From: a virus
Taxonomy: Duplodnaviria; Heunggongvirae; Uroviricota; Caudoviricetes
Direction: 5' to 3' (one strand)
IMG/VR virus record: IMGVR_UViG_2671180606_000003
Span: 1 to 17,434 of that record
DNA length: 17,434 nucleotides
This document shows, piece after piece, positions 7,387 to 16,402 of the stretch; the stretch's first letter is position 1; each line of letters starts with the position of its first letter. The notes beneath the pieces are model-generated. The model was not told the DNA's origin and searched no databases. It worked only from the letters and a program-made list of their open reading frames with translations. The translations under genes were made by a program, and so were the position numbers.

Positions 7387-8355
7387 GTGGGATCTTTCAG
7401 TTTACTTGCATCACGACCAATACCAACTGTGCTAGAAACAAGACAGTTTAACTCAGTTAACGGCAGTGACGCCGAATCTTATGCAATGAGTCAATTCATT
7501 CTTGCTTGTAGAGGAGAGGGGCACTGGGGTTCCAGGGAAGACGACAATTCAAAAATAGATTTAATATTATCCTTCGAACATCCATGGGCATCAAAAGAAA
7601 GAATGCTTATATTGTCGCAAGTTAAATCAGGGGCAACTTATGGTCATTTATTAGAGAAAGGTTTTGTATTAAATTCGGCCGCAAAAAAAGCAGCCAAAAG
7701 GACAACTCACCATATATGTGTCGTTTGGGTTGACAGAACTAATCGTAAAGCATTTTGGGCCTATATACATCCAAACACTACCCTTAAAAACCAAACTTAT
7801 GGAGAATATCACTTAATCACTCCGGCTACACGGTTTGACCTGGCTCGCTGTATGTCCATGGTACGTGCAGGTGAAACTGGAGCAAAAGGAATCCATGTAA
7901 GAAGAAGAAACTCACTACTTAATAATCGGCGAGCGTTTGTTAAAAAACGTTATTCTGAACAGAAAGAAATCACATCTCCGGTGCTTGGGAAAATCGAGCT
8001 TACACGGCTGGGTTGGAGACATATGTTCAGAAAGAGTCGCAGAGAAGAAAACAAAGCAACGAGTTTGGACATTATTCCCTACTTGAGAAATTTACTAGTT
8101 CGGTTTCCTTCAACTCATGCTATTACTTCTTCTGATGTCCGTGATTACGGCTGTTTTACTTACCAAAGAAGAGAGCACTTATTGAAATTTAATAATCTAG
8201 AGGTTACTTATGCCAAAGGAGAGGGAAAAAATAAAGTATGTGCTTATATTCGTGTTATAGAAGAAATAAGGTATCCAAAAGATTGGACTAACGCGGTAAT
8301 GCTATCACAGCAGGTTGAAAGACGAGTGGTTTTGAAGTCAGCATATTATAAATAA
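7387..8355 (+). CDS. Hypothetical cargo protein (322 aa), possibly a PD-(D/E)xK-like nuclease fold
   Basis: GTG start 9 nt downstream of 'GGAGAG'. AT-rich. The N-terminal region carries 'KIDLILSFEH...SQVKSG', compatible with a D...E...(Q/E)xK restriction-endonuclease-like motif; the C-terminus is basic. Domain assignment is weak. Confidence 0.65.
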   Translation: MGSFSLLASRPIPTVLETRQFNSVNGSDAESYAMSQFILACRGEGHWGSREDDNSKIDLILSFEHPWASKERMLILSQVKSGATYGHLLEKGFVLNSAAKKAAKRTTHHICVVWVDRTNRKAFWAYIHPNTTLKNQTYGEYHLITPATRFDLARCMSMVRAGETGAKGIHVRRRNSLLNNRRAFVKKRYSEQKEITSPVLGKIELTRLGWRHMFRKSRREENKATSLDIIPYLRNLLVRFPSTHAITSSDVRDYGCFTYQRREHLLKFNNLEVTYAKGEGKNKVCAYIRVIEEIRYPKDWTNAVMLSQQVERRVVLKSAYYK

Positions 8356-8940
8356 CGAGGCCGTTGGGAAGCCAGCACTTGCGCCCATGCTCTGCCAGAT
8401 TCCGGTTTCGAATCGGTTCTCTGGCAATAATGCGGATAGCGTACTGGGCATCAGCCTTAGCTTTTGCACTCAACCCAACGACCAAGTGGTGAAGCATACT
8501 AGTAAAGAAACTTTAATTCTAGATGTTTTGAAGCAATTCTCACATCAAGTATTAATTTTTCTAAAGCAATGACCTAATGGTATGTCAGGTTTCAACGAAA
8601 ATTGGCAACCAATCTAGATAACTGTACCTTTTCAAAAAACTGGTGCGTATCGTTAGTCTCCTTTCGCCGTTGTTCCAGTCTGGTCGCTTCAATAAAAAGC
8701 AAGGCCGCCGTACAGCGAAACTATATAATCATAGCTTAAGCCAAATCACTCATCTAAGGTGTGGCTCCATTAGTAGTTTGAGCGCTAACAGCCCCTCTGG
8801 CGATAAAACTACTCAATACCTGGCACGAAACAAAATCTGGAAGTTACTATTTTTTTGCCCATGACTAACGCCTCGCATGGCTCGTTGATCAACCTTGCTA
8901 GCGTCAGAATCAAGTCCTAACGCCAGCAACGTTCCTAAGC

Positions 8941-9129
8941 CTAACCGGGGAGATCCATTGAACGGTTGTACTCATGAGTACGGATTTTCGCCATTAACTC
9001 ATCGGTCAGCTCCGAAACCCACTGGATAGCAAGCCGCTTCTCTTCATCATCGCACTCACTAGCCGCTACAAGCTTAAGAAAAAAATCAATGCGCTGGAGC
9101 TTCAAAGACTCCAAAAAATAGTCCTGCAT
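8941..9129 (-). CDS. Small protein (62 aa) downstream of a LexA-box promoter; candidate SOS-inducible antirepressor-type gene
   Basis: Strong RBS (minus strand 'TAGGAGGAAAG' then ATG) and a LexA-box promoter about 50 nt upstream; lies between gene A and the cos-side region, where 186 carries its LexA-controlled tum operon. Confidence 0.6.
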   Translation of the reverse strand: MQDYFLESLKLQRIDFFLKLVAASECDDEEKRLAIQWVSELTDELMAKIRTHEYNRSMDLPG

Positions 9130-9171
9130 CTTTCCTCCTATGACACCACACGCAATACTGTATGTATAACC

Positions 9172-9214
9172 ACTGTTTATATTTACAGTATATAATAATC
9201 TTACTGATGTAAAA
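9172..9214 (-). promoter_or_regulatory. SOS (LexA) box overlapping a sigma70-like promoter
   Basis: 'aCTGTttatatttACAGta' (9172-9189) fits the CTGT-N8-ACAG LexA consensus. Minus-strand -35 'TTTTAC' (9214-9209) and -10 'TATACT' (9192-9187), spacer 16, with the box overlapping the -10. Confidence 0.6.
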
Positions 9215-9283
9215 CGTTTTTTTTACGCTTATCAGCCTGATATGCCTGGTATTATTAAGAGCACGAATTGTTAACCCGCGTAA

Positions 9284-11698
9284 TTAATACAGGTTCCGCC
9301 ACTTATCATCTTCCTGCAAACGCTGGTTCCGATAGAAGATACGCAGGCCTGCTCCTGACGGAATACTGCCGCCACGAAGGAGTAAATCGACCTCTTTCTC
9401 GCTGCCATCAAATCCTCTGGACTTCAGTTCATAGACGAGCTGCTGTCGCTGATGGTCTGTAATTCGCTGTTTGTAGTCTTTACGCCGTTTCGGTTTCACC
9501 AGGCGTAACCTTGCAGCCAGTTCCCGGCGCTCTTTTTTGCTCATACTGTGCAGGTATTCGTGCAACTCCTTGTCATCCATGCGGGTAATGTCCGTTCTGG
9601 TATCCCCATCAGCTGATTTGTCTTTCCCTTGTTGGTTCAAATTTTCAGCAAGGGGACAGTTATTGCCACGAGTCCAAGGGGCGCAAGCGCCCTGGTCGGC
9701 TGCCGCCTCCTGAACGTCAACGGCTTTACGAACCATTTTCCACTTCACTGCATGAGTGCAGATCTTGCCCTCTGCAATGGGTGACCAGATGCCATAAATA
9801 CGAATACCGTGATCGCCATAGGCGGTCGGCTCTTCGTTGATTTCATAAGCGGTTCTGATGAGGTGATATTTACGGGGAACCAGTACGCCGCCCTGCTTCA
9901 TGATGTAGGTGGCAAAGCAACCAGCATCAGCTGCAGCCAGAATGGCATCAAGGCGCGGGTTATCCAGTACCGGCGCACCTGCTTTTTTGTCACCCTGTTG
10001 CCTTGCCGCCTGACCAGCCAGCAATCGCAGTTCACGGTAAGCCTGACGCCCCGGAATGCCAAAGAAGCGGAATTGCTGAACACGATGCAGAGACGCCCAG
10101 GCATTAACGTATTCAGCGTTATCACGCAGAGATTTACCCGTTTCCTTGCTGATCTCGCCAGCCAGACCACGCCCGTCAATGTTCTTACTGATATATTTCG
10201 CGATGTAGCTTGTCGGCGTTCCTTTACGCGGGTTAATCAACTCAGACTTAAAGCGCGGCCCAGTGTTATTGCCCAGCTCCTCGCGGTCTTCACGGATGGC
10301 AAACTTACGCAGTAATGCAGTGATGGCGCGGCGGTCTTTTTTGCGCATAAAACACAACAGGTGCCAGTGAACTGTACCGTCATGATGCGGCTCAGCCACC
10401 CGCACGCCATACCAGCGCAATCCGGCTTTGTGCATCGCCTTACGAAATGCAGCAAACATGCCGACCAGATAGTCGCTGCTTTGTCTTACCGTCGAGTTTG
10501 TCCAGGTCGGGTTGGGTCTGCCGTTATTGAGCGTGGAATGGAAACGCGACGGACAGGTGATAGTGTAGAAAACGGCGCAGTCACTGCGCATTTCCGCGAT
10601 AAGCTCCAGACCTTTAACACAGGCCATCATCTCATTGCGGCGATGCGCCGGGTTGCTGCTGCTGGCGTTTACCACATCTTCCATATCCAGCGTGTCGCCG
10701 TCTTCGTTCACCAGTTCATGAGAACGGAAAAACTCCAGCGACTTACGGCGCTGCTCACGTTTATGCATCACGGCTTCATAGCTGACATAGGGGGATGCTT
10801 TTTTGCTGACCAGGCAGACAGCACGCAACTGCTCTTCCCGCCATTCGCAACGCATCTTCCATAATTTCCGATACCACCAGTCGGCACACAACATACGCGC
10901 CAGCGAACCCGGAATGAGTTCATAGGGCACGGGTTTACGGCGGTTTCTTTTCCGACGGAGTTGCTCAAACGCAGGCGGAATAACATCCAGACGCAGGGTT
11001 TCCGCTGCCACCTTTTCCCATGTTTTGCGGATTTCTTCTGGCTTAACGTCATCGGTGGCATACAAATCACCACAAGCGGCATCAAGGCACATACTCATAT
11101 GCGCAGCGACAAGGGTAGACAGGCGCTTCACCTGATCCTGACTCATTTCAGGCAGGATAAGCAGGCCATCCAGCCCTTCATGGCTTGCCATAAAGCGAAA
11201 AGAAGTGGATAGCTGACAGTCGCGGACATGCTCCAGTCGTTCCAGACATGGCTTAATCGTCTCACGCAAATAGCGGGAATAAGCCTTTGGCCTGCCCAGG
11301 CTGCTGAAATATTCAATACGTTGCATCAGCGGCTTGCTGATATGGGAAGGCTGGGCGTTGACGTCAGCCAGAATGACCATGTCTGGATTAAAACGCTGCT
11401 GCTCATGCGCCAGCTTTGCCCGGCTAATGAGCTTATCCTGCTCCATTTCGCGCTGGACAGGATCACGGGATTCATTAAAGAAATAACGCTCCCAGACCTG
11501 ATCACTCAGTGCCTCGCGGCGCAGTTGTTCCTGCTCGTTATCGGCAGCGTACAGAGTGATCAGGTTTGAAAGTGCAGAAACCGGCGCAACTTCCGCCGGG
11601 TCCAGATAAGGGTTAATGGCCTTTTTTGGGCTGTTCCATGAGAATGCTGCGGCGACCTCGTTAAAGCCGCTGCAGTTGTTCATATCAGCATGGCTCAT
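9284..11698 (-). CDS. A: P2/186-family replication initiation protein A (rolling-circle nickase)
   Basis: Approx. 804-aa ORF; start placed at the Met whose ATG overlaps the dam stop (ATGA), while the six-frame ORF starts at 11725. Contains the active-site tyrosine motif 'YIAKYISK'; follows dam as in 186-like phages. Confidence 0.88.
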   Translation of the reverse strand: MSHADMNNCSGFNEVAAAFSWNSPKKAINPYLDPAEVAPVSALSNLITLYAADNEQEQLRREALSDQVWERYFFNESRDPVQREMEQDKLISRAKLAHEQQRFNPDMVILADVNAQPSHISKPLMQRIEYFSSLGRPKAYSRYLRETIKPCLERLEHVRDCQLSTSFRFMASHEGLDGLLILPEMSQDQVKRLSTLVAAHMSMCLDAACGDLYATDDVKPEEIRKTWEKVAAETLRLDVIPPAFEQLRRKRNRRKPVPYELIPGSLARMLCADWWYRKLWKMRCEWREEQLRAVCLVSKKASPYVSYEAVMHKREQRRKSLEFFRSHELVNEDGDTLDMEDVVNASSSNPAHRRNEMMACVKGLELIAEMRSDCAVFYTITCPSRFHSTLNNGRPNPTWTNSTVRQSSDYLVGMFAAFRKAMHKAGLRWYGVRVAEPHHDGTVHWHLLCFMRKKDRRAITALLRKFAIREDREELGNNTGPRFKSELINPRKGTPTSYIAKYISKNIDGRGLAGEISKETGKSLRDNAEYVNAWASLHRVQQFRFFGIPGRQAYRELRLLAGQAARQQGDKKAGAPVLDNPRLDAILAAADAGCFATYIMKQGGVLVPRKYHLIRTAYEINEEPTAYGDHGIRIYGIWSPIAEGKICTHAVKWKMVRKAVDVQEAAADQGACAPWTRGNNCPLAENLNQQGKDKSADGDTRTDITRMDDKELHEYLHSMSKKERRELAARLRLVKPKRRKDYKQRITDHQRQQLVYELKSRGFDGSEKEVDLLLRGGSIPSGAGLRIFYRNQRLQEDDKWRNLY

Positions 11699-12552
11699 GC
11701 ACGCACTCCGTACACGGCGGAACAATCCACGCCACGCGAAGGATCAAATCCTACCCAGCAGCGCGGCCCGGAAACAGCAATGATTTCTGTTGCAGATTTA
11801 CTCTCACCAGCTGCCACGCCGATGCTGCGTTTTGCCTTGATGTAGTGGTGAGTAAAATTGCGATACAGCGAACGGATCAGGGATGTGTCACTGTTAGAAA
11901 TAATGACCGGATATCCTTCTGATGACCGATGTTCAAGAACAGATGCCAGGTGATACTGGTCATCTTCAGTGAAACCATCAGTGTGATAGCCTGAAAACGT
12001 ACCGTCATAAGGCGGATCGCAATACACCACATCCCCCGCGTGCAACATCGCCAGCGTTTCATCGAAGCTGGCGCAGATAAACGTTGCCCGCTGAGCTTTT
12101 ACTGCAAATGCACGAATTTCTTTTTCAGGAAAATACGGATTTTTATAATTACCGTAGGGAATGTTGAAATGCCCGCTCTTGTTATAGCGACATAAACCAC
12201 GGTAACCGTGACGATTGAGATACAGGAAATATATCGCTTTCATGAAATCAGTAATTTCAGTTGAGTAATTAAACTCCTGCCTTATGTTGTAATAATCCAT
12301 CTCCCTGTTTGCGTTCTCAAATAAAACTCTGGCGCGAGATATAAACGATTCACAATCAGCGGCAACCTTTTTATAGAGGTTGATTAAATCAGGATTAATA
12401 TCCGCAACCAGATAGCTGGGATAATCCGTCTCCATCATCACAGCACAGGAACCCGCGAAAGGTTCAACCAGTCGCGGGCCAGCAGGAAGATGTTTTTTCA
12501 GTTCGGACATTATGGCAGTTTTATTTCCCGCCCATTTCAGGATGGTGCTCAT
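11695..12552 (-). CDS. dam: DNA adenine methyltransferase (Dam family)
   Basis: 'ILKWAGNK', 'VEPFAGS' and 'VVYCDPPY' motifs and close overall resemblance to E. coli Dam; start placed at '[11 protein letters not shown]', whose ATG overlaps the upstream TraR stop (the six-frame ORF extends to 12612). Confidence 0.92.
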   Translation of the reverse strand: MSTILKWAGNKTAIMSELKKHLPAGPRLVEPFAGSCAVMMETDYPSYLVADINPDLINLYKKVAADCESFISRARVLFENANREMDYYNIRQEFNYSTEITDFMKAIYFLYLNRHGYRGLCRYNKSGHFNIPYGNYKNPYFPEKEIRAFAVKAQRATFICASFDETLAMLHAGDVVYCDPPYDGTFSGYHTDGFTEDDQYHLASVLEHRSSEGYPVIISNSDTSLIRSLYRNFTHHYIKAKRSIGVAAGESKSATEIIAVSGPRCWVGFDPSRGVDCSAVYGVRA

Positions 12553-12776
12553 ACAGCACCTCCGTTGTAATGTTTGCCTTTCAGCTCTGCGATTTCCTGA
12601 CAGGTAATGCAAAGCTGCACACCCGGAATGGCACGGCGGCGTGCTGGCGGAATTGGCGCTTCACACTCAATGCAAAGCATGCGGGACACGCCCGGCGTTT
12701 TGGCACGGGCAGCACGGATATGGCGTTGGCGTTCTTCTTCAACGCGCTGCTGTACGAGATCCATTGCATCAGCCAT
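12549..12776 (-). CDS. TraR/DksA-family C4 zinc-finger protein (phage type)
   Basis: 75 aa with 'CIECEAPIPPARRRAIPGVQLCITCQ' (CxxC-N17-CxxC), typical of P2/186 early-operon TraR-like proteins. Confidence 0.85.
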   Translation of the reverse strand: MADAMDLVQQRVEEERQRHIRAARAKTPGVSRMLCIECEAPIPPARRRAIPGVQLCITCQEIAELKGKHYNGGAV

Positions 12777-13015
12777 TAGTGGATCTCCTGCGCTTCGTTC
12801 TGGATTGCTTCAGCAGTCACACGAAGCAGTTCTGCCGCTTCGACGTGGGTTAGCTGGCGGGATGTGATATGACACGCCAGGCTATCAAGGCGAGCTGCCA
12901 TTGCTTCAGCCCTTGCCCGGCGTTCTTCCAGACGAGCCTCTGTCAGTAAAATATTAAGCCCTGCGTCATCCGGTCCGGTTTTGGTCGAGAGGGTTTCAAT
13001 ATTACGCATAATCAA
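12776..13015 (-). CDS. Hypothetical phage early protein (79 aa)
   Basis: ORF whose stop overlaps the TraR start by 1 nt (TAATG); position in the early operon between cII and A. Confidence 0.6.
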   Translation of the reverse strand: MIMRNIETLSTKTGPDDAGLNILLTEARLEERRARAEAMAARLDSLACHITSRQLTHVEAAELLRVTAEAIQNEAQEIH

Positions 13016-13076
13016 TTCTCCTGAATTTAGATAAAGGGATGCCCGGCGGGTTTACGCCATTAATTTCATTAGTTGG

Positions 13077-13418
13077 TTAATTCGGCATGGTTAGCCGTCT
13101 GGGAAATAAGCTCACCACTGCACGAAAATGATTCATTGCTTTAATCAACTCCCGCTTTTCGTCAGTGGTCAGCTCATTAATGCTGATGCTATGACGTTCA
13201 GCTGGAATTTTTGCCATAAAGAATATGGCAGCCAGTGCCCGTTTATTTTGTTCGCTATTAATATCGCGTGGATCACGCATATCTTTAATAAACCGCTCAA
13301 GCTCTGACTCAATATTCAGACCAAAAACTTTCGCCCTTAACTCCGCAATGTGATTAAGTCCATTCAGGCGTTCACCGGGGCCTAATGGAACAGTCGCCGC
13401 AGCGCCATTAATTGCCAT
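13077..13418 (-). CDS. Hypothetical phage early protein (113 aa)
   Basis: ORF in the early-operon orientation with phage-like codon usage; no recognisable motif. Confidence 0.55.
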   Translation of the reverse strand: MAINGAAATVPLGPGERLNGLNHIAELRAKVFGLNIESELERFIKDMRDPRDINSEQNKRALAAIFFMAKIPAERHSISINELTTDEKRELIKAMNHFRAVVSLFPRRLTMPN

Positions 13419-13440
13419 AATTCATATTCCCAAAACGCAA

Positions 13441-13665
13441 CTATCGCTCTTTGTTCTTACGGTAACGCTCAAGAGGAGATATATTTTTTCGTATCATCTC
13501 TTTAACCTGCTCTCCCCGTAAAAACGTCCCATCCTTTAGCGTGAAAAAGTAACTGCCATCGCCCGACAACGACGGATAACAACAGAGCAAATCATCTTCA
13601 GATACTGAATAACTCTCCCCTCTGTAACGAAACTGATAAACCACTTCACTTTCCGCTGCATACAT
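13441..13665 (-). CDS. Hypothetical phage early protein (74 aa)
   Basis: ATG preceded by 'GGAGAAAG' with 8-nt spacing on the minus strand; plausible small protein (MYAAESEVVYQFRYRGESYSV...). Confidence 0.5.
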   Translation of the reverse strand: MYAAESEVVYQFRYRGESYSVSEDDLLCCYPSLSGDGSYFFTLKDGTFLRGEQVKEMIRKNISPLERYRKNKER

Positions 13666-13832
13666 TTTGACTTTCTCCGTTTCCCCGTGGTCAATTCAGA
13701 CAGCAATTCATCTTGTGAACGGCACGGATGCCAGCGTTTACCATCCTCACCCATGATCCAGCCGTGACCGTAGTGCATTGCCGGACTTTGTTTTACCAGC
13801 AGCGATGCAAATGATGGTTCTTTCGTCAGCAT
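13536..13832 (-). CDS. Hypothetical phage early protein (98 aa) immediately downstream of cII; 3' extent doubtful
   Basis: ATG 7 nt after the cII stop with a 'GAGGTG' RBS; its last 130 nt overlap the 13441-13665 ORF in another frame, so the real C-terminus may be shorter or the gene frameshifted. Confidence 0.4.
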   Translation of the reverse strand: MLTKEPSFASLLVKQSPAMHYGHGWIMGEDGKRWHPCRSQDELLSELTTGKRRKSKCMQRKVKWFISFVTEGRVIQYLKMICSVVIRRCRAMAVTFSR

Positions 13833-13839
13833 AAGCACC

Positions 13840-14349
13840 TCACAGCAATCCGAATGAAGCACCGAGGCCAGTTACGGTATCAACTGCACTTGCCATCGCA
13901 GGATTAGCCTGTAAACGGGCCTGCAATGAAACAGCAGCCAGCGCCATCAGTCGTGTAACAGAGTTAATGCTGCTGATCGCATCACGACGGCCTGCACTGG
14001 TTTTTACATCGCCAGAAACCGCACCAGCCGCGACACGCCCTATCTCTGCAGTTGCACTCATGACGTAATGCGGCAGTTTCTCTTTTGCCACCTCATTAAG
14101 CGGAACACATGGCAGACAATGAATCTGTGCCAGAAAACCATCTACCAGCGTTGAATCTTCAGTCAGATCGGTAAGTAGCCAGATATCTCGTGCAGTGAGC
14201 TGATGCGGTTGTTCCGGGTTCAGCTTGTTACGCAGCGTCTGGACGTTCATTCCCGCGAGTTCTGCTAGCTTCGCCATATTGTGACGTAGTGCAAAAGCTC
14301 TACAGGCTTCATCAAAATGCGGATGTTTGGAAATCTTGTAATCAAACAT
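13840..14349 (-). CDS. cII: CII-like lysogeny-establishment transcriptional activator (186 CII family)
   Basis: 169 aa, the same length as 186 CII; HTH 'NMAKLAELAGMNVQTLRNKLNPEQ'; position after apl and divergent from cI. Confidence 0.78.
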   Translation of the reverse strand: MFDYKISKHPHFDEACRAFALRHNMAKLAELAGMNVQTLRNKLNPEQPHQLTARDIWLLTDLTEDSTLVDGFLAQIHCLPCVPLNEVAKEKLPHYVMSATAEIGRVAAGAVSGDVKTSAGRRDAISSINSVTRLMALAAVSLQARLQANPAMASAVDTVTGLGASFGLL

Positions 14350-14381
14350 GGTGCTCCCTTAGAAAGTTCCCATAATTGAAA

Positions 14382-14624
14382 TTACTTACCAACAATGACG
14401 CGGAAGTTGGAATGACCGAGGGATTCACGGACCTGATCAGTTTTGTACATTAGATAACGCAGGCTTACGCGGCCTTTGTTTTTTTCTTTCTTGACCATGT
14501 ACTTAGCGAGTTGACCATGGTGAATTTTTTGGTAAACAGACCCGCGGGAAATCCCTTCCCATTCAGCGAATTCAGCAGGCGTAGCCATCTCTTTTGGTAC
14601 ACGAATTGAAATATCTGTGCTCAT
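14382..14624 (-). CDS. apl: Apl/Cox-like excisionase and transcriptional regulator
   Basis: 80-aa HTH protein (ATPAEFAEWEGISRGSVYQKIHHGQL), first gene of the leftward operon divergent from cI, as for 186 Apl. Confidence 0.7.
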   Translation of the reverse strand: MSTDISIRVPKEMATPAEFAEWEGISRGSVYQKIHHGQLAKYMVKKEKNKGRVSLRYLMYKTDQVRESLGHSNFRVIVGK

Positions 14625-14726
14625 AGTGCAGTATCTCTTGGTTTAAGCTCGTTTTATGATGTTTAACCCCAACTTCTAAACTCTCATATTAGAAGTTAAA
14701 TACAAAAATACGATCTCGTTATTGGA
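14625..14726. promoter_or_regulatory. Lysis/lysogeny switch region (pR/pL equivalents) with candidate operators
   Basis: 102-bp AT-rich spacer between divergent apl and cI. Contains a perfect 9-bp inverted repeat 'AACTTCTAA'-N9-'TTAGAAGTT' (14671-14697) and direct 'GTTTAA' repeats at 14641 and 14661; promoter hexamers not confidently assigned. Confidence 0.5.
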
Positions 14727-15377
14727 TTGTCAAATGGAGAGTTCATCTTGAAGATTAATACAGGTGCAAATACGGGAGGGAGAGAGACCATCAAAAGGCT
14801 GATGACAGCCTATGGTTTCAACACTCAGATAGCGTTGGTTGAACACCTCGAAGCATCAAAAAGCACCATGGCAAACAGGATGTTACGTGATAGCTTCCCT
14901 GCTGACTGGGTTATTCAATGTGCCCTTGAAACAGGTATTTCTCTTCTTTGGCTGACAACGGGCCAAGGGGAAATGTATCCTCAAACAGAAGAAAAAAATA
15001 AGTTCAAAAACGAGAGTTCACCTACAGTTCGCCCCCTTTCAAAGATAGTTATCCCATCAGTAAGGCAGGCAACCATTGAGAACGGAACTCTCGAAGAGAT
15101 GGGGGATGTTTTCCTTGATCAGACTTTGATACCCGGAAAAGCCGAATATTGTTTGTACGTCAAAGCTAACGACGGCAATTACATTGTTGATACATCAACA
15201 AAACAGCTTAGTAACGGAATTTGGCTCATAGACATCGACGGTATGAAAAACATCGTCAAAATTGCGCGCATACCTGGAAACAAAATAGTAGTTAACCAAG
15301 ATGACACGTCATTTGAATGTTCTGTAGATGATGTGGAAGTCGTAGGACGTGCAGTCAAAGTAATCAAGAACCTCTAA
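14727..15377 (+). CDS. cI: CI-like immunity repressor (HTH and C-terminal domain)
   Basis: HTH segment 'NTQIALVEHLEASKSTMANRMLRDSFPADWVIQCALETGISLLWL'; directly upstream of int in the same direction as in 186. The six-frame ORF starts at a TTG; the true start may be internal. Confidence 0.8.
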   Translation: MSNGEFILKINTGANTGGRETIKRLMTAYGFNTQIALVEHLEASKSTMANRMLRDSFPADWVIQCALETGISLLWLTTGQGEMYPQTEEKNKFKNESSPTVRPLSKIVIPSVRQATIENGTLEEMGDVFLDQTLIPGKAEYCLYVKANDGNYIVDTSTKQLSNGIWLIDIDGMKNIVKIARIPGNKIVVNQDDTSFECSVDDVEVVGRAVKVIKNL

Positions 15378-15380
15378 CTT

Positions 15381-16400
15381 ATGACCATAAGAAAACAGCC
15401 GAACGGAAAATGGTTGTGTGAGTGCTATCCCAATGGACGCAATGGTAAGCGCGTGCGTAAGCAATTTGCTACCAAAGGCGAAGCTATTGCATTTGAAAGC
15501 TTCACAATGGAAGAAGTGAACAAAAAACCATGGCTGGGGGAAAAGGAAGATCGGCGACATTTATCAGAATTAATTGAGCTGTGGTATTCCCTGTATGGTC
15601 AAACACTCACAGACCCCAAGCGCCTCATGGCGAAACTTAGTATTATCTGTAATGGTCTAGGCGATCCCATCGCTTCAGAACTGACAGCCGGTGACTTTAC
15701 GAAATACCGCGAAGCACGGTTAAAAGGTGAAGTACGAAATGAAGATGGCACGCTTATGTCGCCCGTTAAGCCCCGCACGGTAAACCTTGAACAGCGCAAT
15801 CTATCATCTGTTTTTGGTACACTGAAAAAGCTGGGCCACTGGTCAGCCCCCAACCCGCTTGCCGGGCTGCCAACATTTAAAATTGCTGAGAGTGAATTGG
15901 CGTTCCTGACCCCGGAAGAAATTAAACGTCTGCTGGATGCCTGTGCTGATTCTCAAAGCTCTAGTCTGCTGACGGTTGCAAAAATATGTCTGGCCACCGG
16001 CGCGAGATGGAGTGAAGCCGAAAACCTGCAGGGCCATCAATTATCAAAATACCGGATCACTTACACCAAAACTAAAGGCAAGAAAAACCGAACCGTACCG
16101 ATATCTCAGGAGCTATATGAAGAACTCCCCAAAAACAGAGGGAAACTATTCACGCCCTGCAGAAAAGCTTTTGAGCGCGCAGTAAAACGAGCCGGTATAG
16201 ACCTGCCTGAAGGCCAGTGCACACACGTGTTGCGCCATACATTCGCCAGTCACTTCATGATGAATGGCGGAAACATATTGGTACTACGCGATATTCTTGG
16301 TCACTCTGATATAAAAATGACGATGGTTTATGCTCATTTTTCGCCAGATCATTTAGAAGATGCTGTAACAAAAAATCCACTGGCTATGTTGGGATACTGA
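15381..16400 (+). CDS. int: Tyrosine integrase, P2/186 Int family
   Basis: 339 aa; 'RNGKRVRKQF', 'LATGARWSEAENL', 'RTVPIS', 'HVLRHTFASHF' and 'MVYAHFSPDHL' align with P2 Int signatures (R, H-x-x-R, Y catalytic residues). Confidence 0.93.
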   Translation: MTIRKQPNGKWLCECYPNGRNGKRVRKQFATKGEAIAFESFTMEEVNKKPWLGEKEDRRHLSELIELWYSLYGQTLTDPKRLMAKLSIICNGLGDPIASELTAGDFTKYREARLKGEVRNEDGTLMSPVKPRTVNLEQRNLSSVFGTLKKLGHWSAPNPLAGLPTFKIAESELAFLTPEEIKRLLDACADSQSSSLLTVAKICLATGARWSEAENLQGHQLSKYRITYTKTKGKKNRTVPISQELYEELPKNRGKLFTPCRKAFERAVKRAGIDLPEGQCTHVLRHTFASHFMMNGGNILVLRDILGHSDIKMTMVYAHFSPDHLEDAVTKNPLAMLGY

Positions 16401-16402
16401 TA

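Noticed and set aside
8288-8864. Small ORFs 8288-8497 (-), 8387-8572 (+) and 8643-8864 (+)
   Set aside because: Short, no RBS, and overlapping each other or the 3' end of the 322-aa gene; treated as a decayed region rather than genes.
9268-11569. Plus-strand ORFs (9268-9462, 9809-10315, 10361-10864, 10961-11212, 11228-11569) and minus-strand ORFs 9898-10179, 10237-10455, 10768-11085 within gene A
   Set aside because: Antisense or alternative-frame to the replication gene A, which has a clear catalytic motif.
11877-12062. ORF 11877-12062 (-) inside dam
   Set aside because: Alternative frame within the well-supported Dam methyltransferase gene.
12570-12867. ORFs 12570-12779 (+), 12581-12769 (-), 12607-12867 (+) and 12641-12853 (+) over the TraR-like gene
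   Set aside because: Overlap the zinc-finger gene in other frames or on the opposite strand; that gene is supported by its CxxC motifs and translational coupling.
15179-16185. ORFs 15179-15367 (-), 15309-15560 (-), 15599-15853 (-), 15843-16040 (-) and 15976-16185 (+) within cI/int
   Set aside because: Antisense or alternative frames within the repressor and integrase genes.
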